DNA of 64,000 nt from Strigamia acuminata. Its lineage: Eukaryota. Of the stretch, positions 63,180-64,000 are shown in pieces. The first letter of the stretch is position 1; every line of letters starts with the position of its first letter. Location of the stretch: assembly GCA_949358305.1 (NCBI GenBank), contig OX442314.1:868001-932000 (forward strand), in the 5' to 3' direction. Both the position numbers and the translations under genes were made by a program. The notes below the pieces were generated by a model, which was not told the DNA's origin, did no database searches, and saw only the letters and a program-made list of their open reading frames with translations.

Positions 63180-64000
63180 GATATCTGTTATATTAAAATT
63201 TAAAAAAATTTAATATTCACTAAATTTTCCAGAAAAATGGTTCTAAACTAAATATCCTATCGAATATTAAACTTAGAACCAATTCGTCAACTGAAAATTG
63301 ATATGATAAAGCGGAATTTTAATTGCTGAAATAATTTCGTTCAACAAAAGAATTTCATCAACAGAAATAAATTCAATCACGGTTATTTTTATAAAATAAA
63401 CGTGAATTCTTCGTTCTCCGCAATTCGGGAAATAAATAATCATCCAGACAAATAACTCGCCATCTGGCGGTGAAATTTGAAAGTACCACGTGTCGATTAT
63501 AGCACGTGTAAATTCATAATTTTCAAAAAATAACTGAATTTATCTTAATTAGACTCTATCAGACAATCTTTGATTTTAATAAATCATAGTATAACTTACT
63601 GACTGAAAGAATCTCGATTTGATAGTTGAAATCCTTCCTTCGTGAGGTCGAAGTTGGTTTGTAGCGAAGATTGACTCCTTAATATCTAAAGATATGCGTG
63701 GGATAATCCTTCACTAGGTCTTAACATGAACATAATTTATACAAAATGTTTACTGTTAATATGCTGGAAAGGAATGAACGTTCCGTGGCGATTTGGCGAG
63801 ACACTAACTTCGGAGCGAGTTGAAAAATCCGAGTCGGTGCTTTTTCGACAGTGGGTCACTCGTGGGAACTGATGATATTGAATAATTTGAATCAATATCT
63901 ACCAGGCATAATGTGTATTGCATTTTGTAACTCACCGAAAGTTGAATTTTGAGGTCAAAAACGCAGAAAATATTCCAAGTGTATCACTCTCGGTTAACAT

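Larger units (their letters stand above)
59622..64000 (-). mobile_element. 3' part of a second LTR retrotransposon; gag-pol presumed beyond the window
   Basis: LTR, PPT (60869-60878) and an upstream sense ORF. Confidence 0.65.

Overview
AT-rich animal (probably invertebrate) genomic window. It holds: (1) an intact, very young 11.4-kb Ty3/Gypsy LTR retrotransposon (6759-18147) with two 610-bp LTRs identical by eye, TCCT target-site duplication, tRNA-Pro PBS, gag, -1-frame pol, and a large non-env ORF3 apparently assembled by splicing; (2) the 3' end of a second, unrelated-looking LTR element on the minus strand (59622 to window end), also with a spliced non-env ORF; (3) a compact same-strand cluster NEPRO-like, ZFYVE21, CNRIP1, EML5/6-like, including a U12-type intron lacking a normal AG end and introns filled with ~20-bp A-tract minisatellites; (4) a ~2200-codon secreted protein of ~90-aa repeats interrupted by one in-frame TAG; (5) a small secreted orphan gene, an FHA-domain gene, several MITEs, and LINE and Gypsy fragments. 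All calls come from reading the sequence and recalled motifs; no searches were run.
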